The notes beneath the pieces were generated by a model. The model searched no databases. It saw only the letters and a list, made by a program, of their open reading frames with translations, and was not told where the DNA came from. A program made the translations under genes and the position numbers. A DNA stretch of 232 bases from Escherichia coli (GTDB lineage Bacteria; Pseudomonadota; Gammaproteobacteria; Enterobacterales; Enterobacteriaceae): NCBI RefSeq assembly GCF_003334405.1, contig NZ_QOWM01000075.1, one strand, 5' to 3'. The first letter of the stretch is position 1, and each line of letters opens with the position of its first letter. This document shows, in pieces, positions 1 to 232 of this stretch.

Positions 1-76
1 GTCCCCTTCGTCTAGAGGCCCAGGACACCGCCCTTTCACGGCGGTAACAGGGGTTCGAATCCCCTAGGGGACGCCA
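1..76 (+). tRNA. gltT: tRNA-Glu (anticodon UUC), complete, with genomically encoded 3' CCA
   Basis: The cloverleaf can be folded directly from the sequence. Acceptor stem: 1-7 gtcccct pairs with 66-72 aggggac (7 bp), with discriminator g73 and CCA at 74-76. Anticodon stem: 28-32 ccgcc pairs with 40-44 ggcgg (5 bp), loop 33-39 ctttcac, anticodon TTC at 35-37 (reads GAA/GAG codons). T-arm: 49-53 agggg pairs with 61-65 cccct, with the canonical T-loop ttcgaat at 54-60. A short D-arm lies around 10-26. The 76-nt length and the sequence match my recollection of E. coli tRNA-Glu. The gene symbol is uncertain among the rrn-operon paralogues (gltT/gltU/gltV/gltW), which cannot be told apart from this window. 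Confidence 0.96.
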
Positions 77-109
77 CTTGCTGGTTTGTGAGTGAAAGTC
101 ACCTGCCTT

Positions 110-149
110 AATATCTCAAAACTCATCTTCGGGTGATGTTTGAGATATT
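110..149 (+). promoter_or_regulatory. boxB-like stem-loop of the rrn spacer antitermination module (RNA hairpin)
   Basis: Seen in sequence: 111-120 atatctcaaa is the exact reverse complement of 139-148 tttgagatat (10 bp, plus a110-t149). A 2x2 internal mismatch follows (121-122 / 137-138). The inner stem is 123-127 tcatc pairing with 132-136 ggtga (one G-U wobble), capped by a TTCG tetraloop at 128-131. Its position immediately 5' of a boxA-like motif matches the boxB-boxA arrangement described for rrn leader and spacer regions. Confidence 0.55.
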
Positions 150-161
150 TGCTCTTTAAAA
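150..161 (+). promoter_or_regulatory. boxA-like antitermination element (binding site for the NusB-NusE/S10 complex in rRNA antitermination)
   Basis: The sequence tgctctttaaaa at 150-161 closely matches the rrn boxA consensus (TGCTCTTTAACA-like). It sits directly 3' of a hairpin, as expected for the spacer boxA of rrn operons. Confidence 0.7.
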
Positions 162-190
162 ATCTGGATCAAGCTGAAAATTGAAACACT

Positions 191-208
191 GAACAACGAA
201 AGTTGTTC
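191..208 (+). other. Predicted RNA hairpin with GNRA tetraloop in the pre-23S spacer (possible processing or folding element)
   Basis: Seen in sequence: 191-197 gaacaac is the perfect reverse complement of 202-208 gttgttc (7 bp), closing a GAAA tetraloop at 198-201. Its function is not established from the sequence alone. Confidence 0.4.
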
Positions 209-232
209 GTGAGTCTCTCAAATTTTCGCAAC

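Larger units (their letters stand above)
77..232 (+). other. 16S-23S rRNA intergenic spacer, segment distal to the tRNA (transcribed precursor spacer between tRNA-Glu and 23S rRNA); partial, continues beyond the window
   Basis: It lies immediately 3' of a tRNA-Glu typical of rrn operons and has no ORF of meaningful length. It is AT-rich with structured hairpins and a boxA-like motif. From memory it matches the Enterobacteriaceae tRNA-Glu spacer that precedes 23S rRNA. The 23S 5' end itself is not in the window. Confidence 0.85.

Noticed and set aside
88-102. Short possible hairpin (gtga ... tcac, 4 bp) just 3' of the tRNA
   Set aside because: A stem of only 4 bp with alternative registers is weak and easily arises by chance. 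It is not reported as a feature without covariation evidence.
136-159. Tiny ORF atg ttt gag ata ttt gct ctt taa (7 codons) on the + strand
   Set aside because: It is far too short, has no convincing ribosome-binding site, and lies inside a structured rRNA precursor spacer. It is a chance ORF.
110-161. Hairpin followed by a T-rich tract, resembling a Rho-independent terminator
   Set aside because: The stem is AT-rich rather than GC-rich. The downstream T tract is interrupted (ttgctcttt) and coincides with a boxA-like motif. The context is the interior of an rRNA operon where read-through into 23S is required. It is better explained as the boxB/boxA antitermination module.
1-232. Possibility of a CRISPR array, mobile element, toxin-antitoxin pair or other defence or accessory system
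   Set aside because: There are no direct repeats with regular spacing, no terminal inverted repeats or target-site duplications, and no ORFs. The whole window is accounted for by tRNA-Glu plus rRNA spacer.
77-232. Spacer as a standalone small regulatory RNA gene
   Set aside because: No independent promoter (-35/-10) or terminator is evident. The region is most simply part of the rrn primary transcript that is removed during processing.

Overview
This window is a piece of a bacterial rRNA operon, specifically the tRNA-Glu-type 16S-23S intergenic spacer, and reads like the Escherichia/Shigella-type spacer as I recall it. Bases 1-76 fold as a complete tRNA-Glu (anticodon UUC) with an encoded 3' CCA. 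Bases 77-232 are non-coding spacer carrying a long AT-rich hairpin with a TTCG loop (110-149), a boxA-like antitermination motif immediately after it (150-161), and a 7-bp hairpin with a GAAA loop (191-208). The window appears to stop a few tens of nucleotides before the 23S rRNA 5' end, which is not present. I find no plausible protein-coding gene, mobile element, CRISPR array or defence-system signature. Despite the prompt, I see no support for a novel biological system here: this is a conserved, multi-copy housekeeping region. All identifications rest on reading the sequence and on recalled knowledge; no database search was run.
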